Below, in pieces: positions 36,951 to 46,070 of a stretch of 64,000 nt of DNA. The notes under the pieces were generated by a model that ran no database searches, was not told where the DNA came from, and saw only the letters and a list, made by a program, of their open reading frames with translations. The stretch is from Opitutaceae bacterium (GTDB lineage Bacteria; Verrucomicrobiota; Verrucomicrobiia; Opitutales; Opitutaceae), in assembly GCA_046346755.1 (NCBI GenBank), contig JAXMHM010000027.1:51297-115296 (forward strand), written 5' to 3'. The position numbers and the translations under genes are program-made. Numbering within the stretch: the first letter of the stretch is position 1; every line of letters begins with the position of its first letter.

Positions 36951-38075
36951 GTGAAACGCTCCTTCGTCCTCCACACCCTTCTGATCTTCTTGTGCTGGTG
37001 GGCTCCCGCACCGGCGGCGGAACCGGTCCGGATCGGGTTTTTCATGTCGGTGACCGGTCGTGACGCCTCCTTTGGCGAAGCTTCGTTGAGGGGCGCGCGC
37101 CTCGCCATCGAGGACGTAAATCGCGCCGGAGGCATCCTCGGGCATCCGGTGGAACTCGTCGTCGAGGACAACCGCTCCGCCCCCGGCGAATCCGCCACGG
37201 CCGCGAAGCGATTGATTTCCCGCGACCGGGTCATTGCCCTGATCGGCGAATGTTCGTCGTCGCGCACCCTTGAGGCGGCTCCCGTGGCACAGGCCGCCGG
37301 CGTGCCGCTGATCACGCCGGCTTCGACCAGCCCGAAGGTCACGCAGGTGGGAGACTCCATCTTTCGCGTCTGCTTCATTGATCCGTTTCAAGGCGATGTC
37401 ATCGCCGCCTTCGCACGCCGGTCGCTGCAGAAAAAGCGGGCGGCCCTGCTGGTGGATTCGACCTCGCCCTACTCGGTCGGGCTCGCGGAGTACTTCGCCC
37501 GCACGTTCACCCAGCTGGGAGGCGAGGTTGTGGGCACGCAGACCTATGCAGGCGCGGAAACCGATTTTCGCGCGCAGCTGACCGCCCTTCGCGCCGCGCA
37601 ACCGGACGCGCTTTTCCTACCGGGCTACTACGTGGCCGCAGGGCTGGTCGCCCAGCAGGCCAGCCAACTCGGTCTTAAGGCCACCCTGCTCGGAGGCGAC
37701 GGATTCGAGGCGCCGCAGTTGCTGGAGATCGGTGGTGCCGCCCTGGAAGGCGCCTATTATTCCACTCACTTCGCCACCGAGAACACGGGCGAGGTGTCGC
37801 GCGCCTTTGTCCGCGCCTACGAGGGGCGCCACGGCTCAGCCCCCAACGGGCTTTCCGCACTCACCTACGATGCCATCACCCTCGTCGCCGATGCGGCCCG
37901 TCGCGCCGGTTCGGTGGAAAAATCCGCGTTGAAGGCGGCCCTGGCTGCGACCCGGAACTTCCCGGGCGTCACCGGACGCACCAGCATCAACGCCCAGCGG
38001 GACGCCGACAAGGATGCCGCCATCATCACCGTCCGCGGGGGCAAACTGGTGTTTGTCGAGACGATACGTCCGTGA
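36951..38075 (+). CDS. ABC transporter substrate-binding protein (branched-chain amino acid / LivJ-like), orphan
   Basis: GTG start, signal peptide, and a type I periplasmic binding fold pattern (IGFFMSVTG..., LIGECSSS). No permease or ATPase genes are adjacent. Confidence 0.85.
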   Translation: MKRSFVLHTLLIFLCWWAPAPAAEPVRIGFFMSVTGRDASFGEASLRGARLAIEDVNRAGGILGHPVELVVEDNRSAPGESATAAKRLISRDRVIALIGECSSSRTLEAAPVAQAAGVPLITPASTSPKVTQVGDSIFRVCFIDPFQGDVIAAFARRSLQKKRAALLVDSTSPYSVGLAEYFARTFTQLGGEVVGTQTYAGAETDFRAQLTALRAAQPDALFLPGYYVAAGLVAQQASQLGLKATLLGGDGFEAPQLLEIGGAALEGAYYSTHFATENTGEVSRAFVRAYEGRHGSAPNGLSALTYDAITLVADAARRAGSVEKSALKAALAATRNFPGVTGRTSINAQRDADKDAAIITVRGGKLVFVETIRP

Positions 38076-38090
38076 GTGGCGGCGTCAGGG

Positions 38091-38894
38091 TCAAGGCAGG
38101 AGCTCCGGCACCGTATCCCCGGGCTGCAGGGCGCGCACTCCGGTGGAGCGGTACACCCACGCGCTCCCGAGCAGAAAAGTCACTTTGCCATCGTGCAGGC
38201 GGGCGATCGCGGCGTTGCCAAGTCCAAAGACCGTCTCAGTGGGATTGAACTGCAGGTACACGCCTATCTTGGCGGCGCGGTACGCGTACTCTCCGGGGCT
38301 GGTCGGGTCGGGGTGATGCGGATTGATGACGGCCGGGAAAATCCCCAGGGCCTCGCGGGACGGAATGTCCGCCACCGGGAAATCGTTGGTGGTGCCAATG
38401 AGCAACCCCGCTACGTTGGCACCCGCACTCGTGCCTCCATACGGCACCCCGGCAAGGACCCGGCGGCGAATCACCTCCACCTGACCGGTGCGGTACAGTT
38501 CACCGAGCACCACAAACGTCTCACCGCCGCCGACAAAAATCCCGTCGGCCGTCTCCAGCAGAGCAATCGCACCCGCCGCATCTCGGCGGTGCAACGAAGT
38601 CACCACCTGTCCCCCAAGGTGAGTGAACGCCTCCTGCAGGCGGAGTTCCATGCGATCTCGCTCCGACGGATGGCTGGCATGCAGCACCAGGGCGATCGTC
38701 TTGCATCCCTGAAAGTGCGTTCGCATGGCCGGAAGTGTCGCGTCCGAAAAGTGATTTCCGGACATCATGCTTCCGCCGATGACCAGCACCGAGGCACGCG
38801 GCGAGGTGTGAAACACCGGCTCGGCGGCGGCCAGCGACGGCACGGCCAGTGCAAGGAGGAGGGCAAAGACTGGAAAGGCAGACGCAGGAGGCAT
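38091..38894 (-). CDS. peptidase S51 / class I glutamine-amidotransferase-like secreted protein
   Basis: Signal peptide; GIFVGGGETF and GGTSAGANV (nucleophile Ser context) resemble dipeptidase E/cyanophycinase-type S51. Start at the ATG at 38894. Confidence 0.65.
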   Translation of the reverse strand: MPPASAFPVFALLLALAVPSLAAAEPVFHTSPRASVLVIGGSMMSGNHFSDATLPAMRTHFQGCKTIALVLHASHPSERDRMELRLQEAFTHLGGQVVTSLHRRDAAGAIALLETADGIFVGGGETFVVLGELYRTGQVEVIRRRVLAGVPYGGTSAGANVAGLLIGTTNDFPVADIPSREALGIFPAVINPHHPDPTSPGEYAYRAAKIGVYLQFNPTETVFGLGNAAIARLHDGKVTFLLGSAWVYRSTGVRALQPGDTVPELLP

Positions 38895-38949
38895 GTCGTA
38901 CGACGTTGAAGAAAATTCGGAGTGAAGGCGACTCCACATCCACCCTCAC

Positions 38950-40365
38950 TCAGGGAAACGGCCAATAGCCGACGGCCTTCATCCGCTTTTCGAGGGCGAA
39001 CCGTGTGAACAGGGTCTCGGTTTCTCCGGCCGGTCGGCGCCAGGCTCCGAGCGAACGATCCTCAACCAGGGTCATCAGCAGGTCCGCGATGATGACCGTG
39101 GAGTCGACCACAATCTTCTCCGGGAGTTTGTCGATGGTATCAGCCAGATCATGATAGTAGCGCACGGACTCCCGTGGGATCGGTGCGTTGAAGGTGATGG
39201 CCCGGACGCCAGCGAGTTGATAGGGCGTATGGTCGCTCCCGTACCAGTTGATGTTCTGCACCCCCGTCGGCAGGCGTTCCTTCGGGAAACGCCGGTGCCA
39301 GGCCTTGAGAAACGGAAGCAGCGACTCATCGCCCAGTGCGTTAACGGCGATGGGCACGCCGACCATGTCGAGGTTGATCATCGCCACCACGGGAGCATTC
39401 CCCAGCTTGCCGGCCTGGTGGCGCGAGCCCCACAGCCCCTGTTCCTCGCCATTGAACCACACCAGTTCAACCGTCCGGGCCAGCTCCTTGCCGCGCAGGC
39501 TGTCCGCCAGCGCATAGAGCTGGGCGATCCCCAGTCCGTTGTCCAGGGCACCTTGTCCGAGATCCCAACTGTCCATGTGCGCCCCGACAATCACGCGATC
39601 CGGCGAACGGCCCGGAAACCGGAGGACCACGTTGGCGGTCGTCACCGGCTTATTGTGTGACCGGGTCTCGACGCGGAGGCGGACCGCCGTGCCCCGTTCC
39701 ATCAGCCGCCGCAGCCAGTTCCCTTCTTCCTGCGCGAGGGAGTAGATCGGAACCGGAAGCGGCTCTCCGACAAAACTCCCGGTGCGGGCCAGCAACTGAC
39801 CACCGGCCTCGCGATTCACAAACAGCAGGGCGAGAAGGTTGCGCTCCTTGGCGTTTCGCACCATCTCCGCGGCAGCCAGCGCCGTACCCGACTGGATCAA
39901 ACCAATCCGGCCCGCCACCGACTCCTTCGGATAATCGGTGGCCTTGCCATCCTTGACATCCACCAGGAGTCCCTCGACCGGGGCATGCGCCTCCGAGTAG
40001 GCGAGCGCCGCGACGCGCAGGCGTCGCGGAAAGGGCTCGATCAGGTCAACTCGATCCTCGCCCCGTTCCCACCCCGGCATCGTGAAGGCATCCAGTTCTG
40101 GCTCGAGTCCAAGCGCGCGCAGCTCGCGCACCAGTTGGTCCAGGGCGCGCTGGCCCGCCGGGGAGCCCGTCAGGCGGCCACCCACATCGTCACAGAGCCG
40201 CGTGAGCATGGCATGCGCCGCCGCGCCGGATCGAGCAACGGCTTCCGCGCGGGCCGCGGACGGCTTGGCCGCCGGCAACGTTGCCGCAGCCCCGGCGACC
40301 AGACACACCGTCAGGGGCAGCCAGCGCCGCAACACCTTGGTTACACCAGTATCCATGATTCTCAT
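38950..40365 (-). CDS. M28-family metallopeptidase with PA domain, secreted
   Basis: Signal peptide; GAHMDSWD, WFNGEEQG and GSDHTPY metal-ligand motifs. Confidence 0.85.
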   Translation of the reverse strand: MRIMDTGVTKVLRRWLPLTVCLVAGAAATLPAAKPSAARAEAVARSGAAAHAMLTRLCDDVGGRLTGSPAGQRALDQLVRELRALGLEPELDAFTMPGWERGEDRVDLIEPFPRRLRVAALAYSEAHAPVEGLLVDVKDGKATDYPKESVAGRIGLIQSGTALAAAEMVRNAKERNLLALLFVNREAGGQLLARTGSFVGEPLPVPIYSLAQEEGNWLRRLMERGTAVRLRVETRSHNKPVTTANVVLRFPGRSPDRVIVGAHMDSWDLGQGALDNGLGIAQLYALADSLRGKELARTVELVWFNGEEQGLWGSRHQAGKLGNAPVVAMINLDMVGVPIAVNALGDESLLPFLKAWHRRFPKERLPTGVQNINWYGSDHTPYQLAGVRAITFNAPIPRESVRYYHDLADTIDKLPEKIVVDSTVIIADLLMTLVEDRSLGAWRRPAGETETLFTRFALEKRMKAVGYWPFP

Positions 40366-40389
40366 TTCTTGGAAATTCGACCGCCGCGG

Positions 40390-42279
40390 CTACTCGGGCT
40401 TGACGCGATCAGCGATGGTCAGGGTGTTGAAATCGAGCACGCGCTCCAGCCGACCGTGCGTGAGCGTCAGCTTCTGGGAGCCCTTTTCGGCGTTCAGGTA
40501 GGGGCCTTCGAAGAGTTTCCACCGGCTGTAGTCGACCGTCTTGCCGTTCACCACCGGCGCCTTGCCATAGGTGGCCACCACGGTCTTGCCGCGCAGGGTC
40601 TTCCAGGTGACGGTCGGCACCGGCTCCAGCTTGTAGGACAACGGCAGCGCGCGAATCGCCGCCTGAAACGCCTCCATCGAAGAAAACTCCGACACACTCG
40701 CCGCCTGCACGATCGTGCCGTTCTTGAGGTGCGGGCTGTAGAGTCGGCGATCTCCCTTCTCCACGCGATCAGGCACCCAGGAACTCTTGTAGCCTTTGAC
40801 CGGCTGCCACTCGTAGGGAGCGAGGGGACGGTAGGCGAGATAGGCATCGCCTCCGCGCGCAAAGATCCAGCCCGAAGAATCCTCGGTCAGGTCTTTCAGA
40901 TCGGTGGAGAAGAACCCATTGATGTGCGGAAACCGGGTTCCGGGCGGTATGTCATAGAGCGCAATCACGCTGTCGAGGTCCTGGAACACCTGCTCGAAGC
41001 GGGAACTGCCGAGGAACTTGTCCGGCGAATCGTAGGAAACCTTGCCCTCCTTGGTCACCGAGTTGGTCATGCGATCCGGCAACTCCGCAAAATAGGTCAT
41101 CATGTCGTGGGAGGACGAGATCGGGTGGAGCGAGAACATCGTGTTGTGCGCCCCGCGCGGATCCGGGACCGCCCAGGTCACATCCCAGACGTGGGTCTGG
41201 ATGGGGTCGCTGAGGCCGCCCTGCGTCGATCCCACTGCGTACTCCTTGCGCGAGTAGTTGGTCTTGTAGATGGGCGCCATTTCAACATCGCTGTTGCGCC
41301 AGCGGCGGCGCGTGCGCTTGAGGTCCCGCTGCAAGAAATCGCCGCTGCGGTCCACCCCGATCCGGTAGATGACCTCGGGCAGGTCATAGTACCGTGCCGC
41401 AACCGCAAAGTAGATCCCCCAGCCGCCGTAACCCGAAGGGGTCGGGGTGTTACCGAGCATCTGCCAGCTGAAATACGAGGAAAGGGCGTTCCAGCGTTCC
41501 ACCACGGAGACGTCCTCGCTCCGGGCATTGGGGCCATGCAGCACCCCCTCAAGCGAGTTGGCAAACTGGTCGGCCAGGATCCAGTCAAGCATCATGCGGG
41601 CGCGCGTGCGCATCGCCGGGTCCTCCGCCCACGCGGTCAGGTAGACCAGGGGGATGGCGTACTCACCGATGTAGTGACTGCACGTATACTCGCCCTGGCC
41701 GATCGTGGTGGCGAGCTTCATCCAGTGGATCAGATAGTCCCGCGCCTCCTCCAGATTCTCGGACGAGCTCTTGCCTGTGTACCAGCTGGATCCGGGTTCA
41801 TTCGGATAGAGCTGAGCCATGAGGTAGAGCGACGAATAGTACATGCACCAGTGGTTTTCCGTGTCACCCCGCAGCTGCATGGTCGAACTCCATGCGCTCC
41901 GGAGCGCCGCCCGCGCCTCGGCGGACAGCTGGTCGCGGCCGAGGTAGGCCACGGCCACCGCGGGAAACATCCAGAACGGGCCGCTGCCCGGCTCCTTCGC
42001 ATGCTCAATCACCGTGCGGTTGCACCGCTCGATGTCCTGGCGCAGGGCCAGCTGGGTCGCCACCGCGGCCATGTCCCCCAGAAGGGGTGCATCGGCCTTG
42101 ATCAGTCCGGAGCGCCAGGCAAGGGCTTCGTGAATCCGATCCTCATAGGCCTGCCGTCGCACCGCGGCGGACGTCACCACGGTCCGGTCGGGCACCGGGC
42201 CGACAAACGAGGGCTGCGCCACCGCCGTGGCCGCCGCGAAAAAGGAAAGAAAGGGGAGGAAAATCGAGCGGGCGTTCAT
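40390..42279 (-). CDS. secreted protein of unknown family, 629 aa (paralog of 49525..51453)
   Basis: Signal peptide (start at the ATG at 42279). Blocks shared with the paralog: GDTENHW.MYY, GQGEY, IGEY..PL, SRMMLD, LKRTR.R.R, GS.QGGL..PIQ, YDSPDK, GTRFPHI, GWIF..GG..Y.AYRP. Confidence 0.85.
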   Translation of the reverse strand: MNARSIFLPFLSFFAAATAVAQPSFVGPVPDRTVVTSAAVRRQAYEDRIHEALAWRSGLIKADAPLLGDMAAVATQLALRQDIERCNRTVIEHAKEPGSGPFWMFPAVAVAYLGRDQLSAEARAALRSAWSSTMQLRGDTENHWCMYYSSLYLMAQLYPNEPGSSWYTGKSSSENLEEARDYLIHWMKLATTIGQGEYTCSHYIGEYAIPLVYLTAWAEDPAMRTRARMMLDWILADQFANSLEGVLHGPNARSEDVSVVERWNALSSYFSWQMLGNTPTPSGYGGWGIYFAVAARYYDLPEVIYRIGVDRSGDFLQRDLKRTRRRWRNSDVEMAPIYKTNYSRKEYAVGSTQGGLSDPIQTHVWDVTWAVPDPRGAHNTMFSLHPISSSHDMMTYFAELPDRMTNSVTKEGKVSYDSPDKFLGSSRFEQVFQDLDSVIALYDIPPGTRFPHINGFFSTDLKDLTEDSSGWIFARGGDAYLAYRPLAPYEWQPVKGYKSSWVPDRVEKGDRRLYSPHLKNGTIVQAASVSEFSSMEAFQAAIRALPLSYKLEPVPTVTWKTLRGKTVVATYGKAPVVNGKTVDYSRWKLFEGPYLNAEKGSQKLTLTHGRLERVLDFNTLTIADRVKPE

Positions 42280-42286
42280 GGTGGGC

Positions 42287-43312
42287 TCAGCGGGAGGCCG
42301 ACGGTTGAAAGACAAAACTGTGCACGGTTGAACCTTCCAGCCCGGCGGGTCTCCAGGTCCGCCCGAAGTCATCGGATTGGTAGAGGTCCATTTGATACAC
42401 GCTCAGGTAGAGCCGGCCCGTGCCCGGATCGATCCCGACGGAAATGCCGTGCGATTCAGGGGGCAATCCTTCAATCCGCTGTTGCCAGGTCTGACCGTCA
42501 TCCTCGCTCACCCAGACTCCGAAGGTCCAGCTGGAGATCGCCAGGCGACCGCGCCGGGAGCCGTCAAACGCCACGTTGTAGAGCGAGTGCTCCGGAGAGA
42601 GGCCGGGCAGTTGTTTCCAGGTGACTCCGCGGTCGCGGGACATCCAGGCTCCGTCTTCATGGGTGACCGCGATCCACTGGGTCGGATCATGGGGCGATTG
42701 CTGGACATCCCCCACCGTAGCCCGGGTCGGAAGCACGCGCCGCCAGCGCTTGCCGGCGTCCTCCGTCAGGTAGATGCCGGATTCGCATCCCGCGAGCACC
42801 CGGCCCGCCCGGGTCCGGTCGACCTCGATGGTCTGGGTGTACTTGCCCCGGTTCGGCAATCCGTTCTCGCAACGAGCCCAGGTGGCACCACCGTCGCGCG
42901 ACACCGCAATCCCATCCGGCAGGGCCAGGTAGAGATGATCGAGGGCGGACGGGTCGCGCGAGACGTCCTTTCCCTCCGTCATGTCCCAGCGGGTGGCGAT
43001 TCGGAGACTCTTGCCCCCATCCTGACTCGTGACGGCTCCGTTCAGGGTTGCCATGACCACCCGATTCCGATCTCGCGGATCGAACGAGGCCTGGAACAGG
43101 TGCGGAAAATTGAGTCCAAAGTGCTCAAACGCGCCCGTCTCGGTTCTGCGAAAGAGCCCGTTTTCAGTCACCAGCTTTGAACCAATCACGTAGTTGCGAT
43201 TGACCGCGGCGCACAGGACGAGGTCATAGGCCGAGGCGGCGAATGCCTTCGCCGACATCAGCAAACCGGCCGCAACCGCAAGTCCCAGGGTGAGCGTGTG
43301 TCGTGTCTTCAT
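42287..43312 (-). CDS. BNR/Asp-box repeat beta-propeller protein, secreted
   Basis: Signal peptide and six S-x-D-x-G-x-(T/R)-W boxes (SRDGGATW, TEDAGKRW, SRDRGVTW, SEDDGQTW, SDDFGRTW ...). Confidence 0.85.
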   Translation of the reverse strand: MKTRHTLTLGLAVAAGLLMSAKAFAASAYDLVLCAAVNRNYVIGSKLVTENGLFRRTETGAFEHFGLNFPHLFQASFDPRDRNRVVMATLNGAVTSQDGGKSLRIATRWDMTEGKDVSRDPSALDHLYLALPDGIAVSRDGGATWARCENGLPNRGKYTQTIEVDRTRAGRVLAGCESGIYLTEDAGKRWRRVLPTRATVGDVQQSPHDPTQWIAVTHEDGAWMSRDRGVTWKQLPGLSPEHSLYNVAFDGSRRGRLAISSWTFGVWVSEDDGQTWQQRIEGLPPESHGISVGIDPGTGRLYLSVYQMDLYQSDDFGRTWRPAGLEGSTVHSFVFQPSASR

Positions 43313-43371
43313 AAAGCGTGGCTTCTGTCATTGCGGTGGGGCGGGACGCCGGCCAAGTCTCGGGGAACACC

Positions 43372-43899
43372 ATGAAAACGCACGTTCTGGCGCTCGCCAC
43401 CCTCCTCGTCCTTGCCTGTCCCCGGCTGCTGGCGGCTCCCTCCGTGGAAGCCCGGCTGGCCGAACTGGGTCTCACCCTGCCCGCGCCCGCGACGGCCATC
43501 GCCAACTACGTTCCGGCCGTGCGGACGGGAAATCTGGTGTTTCTCGCCGGTCAGATCGCCCGCGGTCCCGACGGCAAATTCCTCGTCGGCAAAGTCGGTC
43601 GCGAGGTGAACGAGGCCGATGCCAATGCCGCGGCGCGCACCTGCGCCTTGCAGCTCCTCGCCGCCCTCAAGGCGGAGCTGGGCGACCTGTCCAAAGTGAA
43701 ACGCATCGTCCGGGTCGGAGGCTTCGTCAACTGCACCGATGACTTCACGGCGCAGCCCAAGGTGGTGAATGGCTGCTCGGATCTGCTCGTTGCCGTGTTC
43801 GGCGACAAGGGACGGCATGCCCGGGCCGCCGTTGGCGTCAATGCACTTCCCGCCGGCGCCCCGGTGGAAATCGACCTCGTGGCCGAAGTCGTCGACTGA
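43372..43899 (+). CDS. RidA/YjgF-family protein with N-terminal signal peptide
   Basis: Start at the ATG at 43372 (MKTHVLALATLLVLACP...). RidA-like core (GNLVFLAGQI ... ARAAVGVNALPAGAPVEI). Confidence 0.8.
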   Translation: MKTHVLALATLLVLACPRLLAAPSVEARLAELGLTLPAPATAIANYVPAVRTGNLVFLAGQIARGPDGKFLVGKVGREVNEADANAAARTCALQLLAALKAELGDLSKVKRIVRVGGFVNCTDDFTAQPKVVNGCSDLLVAVFGDKGRHARAAVGVNALPAGAPVEIDLVAEVVD

Positions 43900-43914
43900 A
43901 CAACACCGCATGAC

Positions 43915-45210
43915 CTAAAGCTCCCGGGTCGAGGCCTTGAGGCCCGCGATGACGCGCTCGCAATCGGACTGGGACGTGAAGAGGTGAGTGGACACCCGCA
44001 CCGCCTGCAGTCCCTGCTCGGTGACGGGCCGGCAGCGCAGGTGGTGTTTTTTGAGCAGGAAATCGAACAGGACCGAGGCCTTCGCCCGCGCGTGCTGCAC
44101 CGTCATCATGGAACCACGCAACGCGGGATCCCTGGGAGTGAGGATCGTCAGGCCTGCAACGGCCTTCAGTTCATCGATCAGGTGGCTCGCCAGGCCATGA
44201 CCGCGCGCGGCCACGCGGTCGCGTCCGATCTTCTGCTGAAAACGGACGGCTTCCGCCAGGGCCGCGACCGCGCCGGCATTGCGGGTGCCGTACTCGTGGC
44301 GCGTGGCTGACTCCGCGTACTTCAGTTCACCCGGAAGGTAGTCCAGTTCGCCCGAGTGGGCGCCGATTCCCGTCGGGGCGACGTCGGCCAGCCGGTCGCG
44401 TCGCAGAAAGAGCACACCGGTCTCATGCGGGGCGCCCAGCCACTTGTGTCCGCTAAAGGCGTAGGAGTCGCAGCCGATCGCGGCAAAGTCGACCGGCACC
44501 ATGCCGACCGACTGGGCGCCGTCGATGTGAAACCAGATCCCGCGGGAGCGGGCCAGCGCGGCGATTGCCGCCACCGGCAGGACGACGCCTGCGGTGCAGG
44601 TGATGTGACTCACCTGGATGACCCGGGTGCGGTCCGTCACGAGCGCTTTGATACGCTTGAGATTCTCCTCGTCGCTCGTCGCGGCCGGCTCGAACAGCCG
44701 GACTTTGATGCCTCGCTGACGGACCTGGTTGAACCAGGGAAACGAGCCGCCCGGATGCGCGTGCGTTTCAAAGATGACCTCGTCGCCTTCGCGCAGGGAC
44801 AATCCCGCCGCAATGATGGAATTGCCCTCGGTCGCGTTGCGCACGAAGCAGATTTCCTCGGGCTTCGCCCCGACAAAGGGAGCGACTGTTTCCCGCGCCA
44901 CTTCGAACCGGGCGTGACCCGTTTCGGAGTGCTCCTGCAGTTCCAGCATGGTCGAAAAAAAGGTGTCCAACACCGGCTGAGGGGTGGGACCGAGTCCCCC
45001 AGTGTTCAGGTAGACGGGATCCTCCAGCAGCGGGTACAGGGCCCGCACCGAACGCCAGTACTCGTCGGCTCGCGCCGGGTTGAAAACCGGCACGGACGCG
45101 GGGGTGGAGCGTGCGGTGGCCGCAGCCGCCGCGGCGGTGGTGCAGCCGGCCAGTGCACCGAGGGTTCCGAGACCGAAGCCCTGGACGAAAGTTCTGCGAT
45201 CGAGGTTCAT
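43915..45210 (-). CDS. class V aminotransferase-fold PLP enzyme with twin-arginine (TAT) signal
   Basis: DRRTFVQGFGLG TAT motif, NTGGLGP, HIDGAQS and SGHKW (PLP Lys). 4-nt ATGA overlap with the upstream gene. Confidence 0.85.
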   Translation of the reverse strand: MNLDRRTFVQGFGLGTLGALAGCTTAAAAAATARSTPASVPVFNPARADEYWRSVRALYPLLEDPVYLNTGGLGPTPQPVLDTFFSTMLELQEHSETGHARFEVARETVAPFVGAKPEEICFVRNATEGNSIIAAGLSLREGDEVIFETHAHPGGSFPWFNQVRQRGIKVRLFEPAATSDEENLKRIKALVTDRTRVIQVSHITCTAGVVLPVAAIAALARSRGIWFHIDGAQSVGMVPVDFAAIGCDSYAFSGHKWLGAPHETGVLFLRRDRLADVAPTGIGAHSGELDYLPGELKYAESATRHEYGTRNAGAVAALAEAVRFQQKIGRDRVAARGHGLASHLIDELKAVAGLTILTPRDPALRGSMMTVQHARAKASVLFDFLLKKHHLRCRPVTEQGLQAVRVSTHLFTSQSDCERVIAGLKASTREL

Positions 45211-46070
45211 GGCACGCAGGTGAAGGTGAGCACGTGGTCGACTTCGATCCGCTGACCCGGTGCAACCTCCCGGTTCTGATCGAATTCGGTCGGAAAGGCC
45301 GCCAGCGGATAGTTGCGCCGCACAAACCAGGGGAGCGGCCCCGGGCGATTCTCAAACCGGATTACCACGCGACGGAGCGACTCGTCGAGCTGCCCGTGCC
45401 ACTCCATCCATCGCGCCGGCACCCCATGGACCGCCTTGATTCCCTCCAGGCCGCCCTCGGCCGTGATCTTGATCGTGGCGTCGAGGTGATCGTCGAGCAG
45501 CTCCCGGACTCCTCGAAACTGCAGTCCGCTGTAGTGCGAGCCCGCCAGTCCGCCCTGCGAGTGGGGATTCCCGAGGGAGAGGGTCTCACCGGATACATTG
45601 TCCAGGTGACTCAGCCAGTGCAGCGACCAGGATCCGGCGACCTCATCGACTGCGACCGCCAGGGCACGGGTCTCGCGAAACAGCACGCGGTCGTCGCGTT
45701 TCCAGTCGAGGGTATGCGCCAGCGTGGCCCGCGGACCCGCCGCTGCCAGCGTGATCCATCCGGTGTGGCACTGCCGCCCGTGGTTTTCCTTCCATTGATA
45801 ACCCGCCTCCCGGGTGCAGGTGGGGCCGCCCCAGAAATTCGTTCCCGAGACCTGGTTGAGCGTCAGGCTCAAGGCATGATGCCACGGGTGATCATTGGGA
45901 CGAAACACCGTGAGGGTGTCGCCCTTCAGCGATTTGACCGGGTGCAGGAACGGACGGGGGGATTCCTTCAGCTCCGTGGCGGGAAGGTAGTGGTAGCGAA
46001 AGAGCAGGTGCTCCCCGGAAAAAACGGCCACGGAACGACCGATGTCATGCTGAAGGTGAAGGGCGCTCAT
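45207..46070 (-). CDS. DUF6807 (PmoA-like) family protein
   Basis: RPFLHPVKSL.G..LT.FRPNDHPWHH.LSLTL..VSG.NFWGG pattern. ATGA overlaps at both ends. Confidence 0.7.
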   Translation of the reverse strand: MSALHLQHDIGRSVAVFSGEHLLFRYHYLPATELKESPRPFLHPVKSLKGDTLTVFRPNDHPWHHALSLTLNQVSGTNFWGGPTCTREAGYQWKENHGRQCHTGWITLAAAGPRATLAHTLDWKRDDRVLFRETRALAVAVDEVAGSWSLHWLSHLDNVSGETLSLGNPHSQGGLAGSHYSGLQFRGVRELLDDHLDATIKITAEGGLEGIKAVHGVPARWMEWHGQLDESLRRVVIRFENRPGPLPWFVRRNYPLAAFPTEFDQNREVAPGQRIEVDHVLTFTCVP

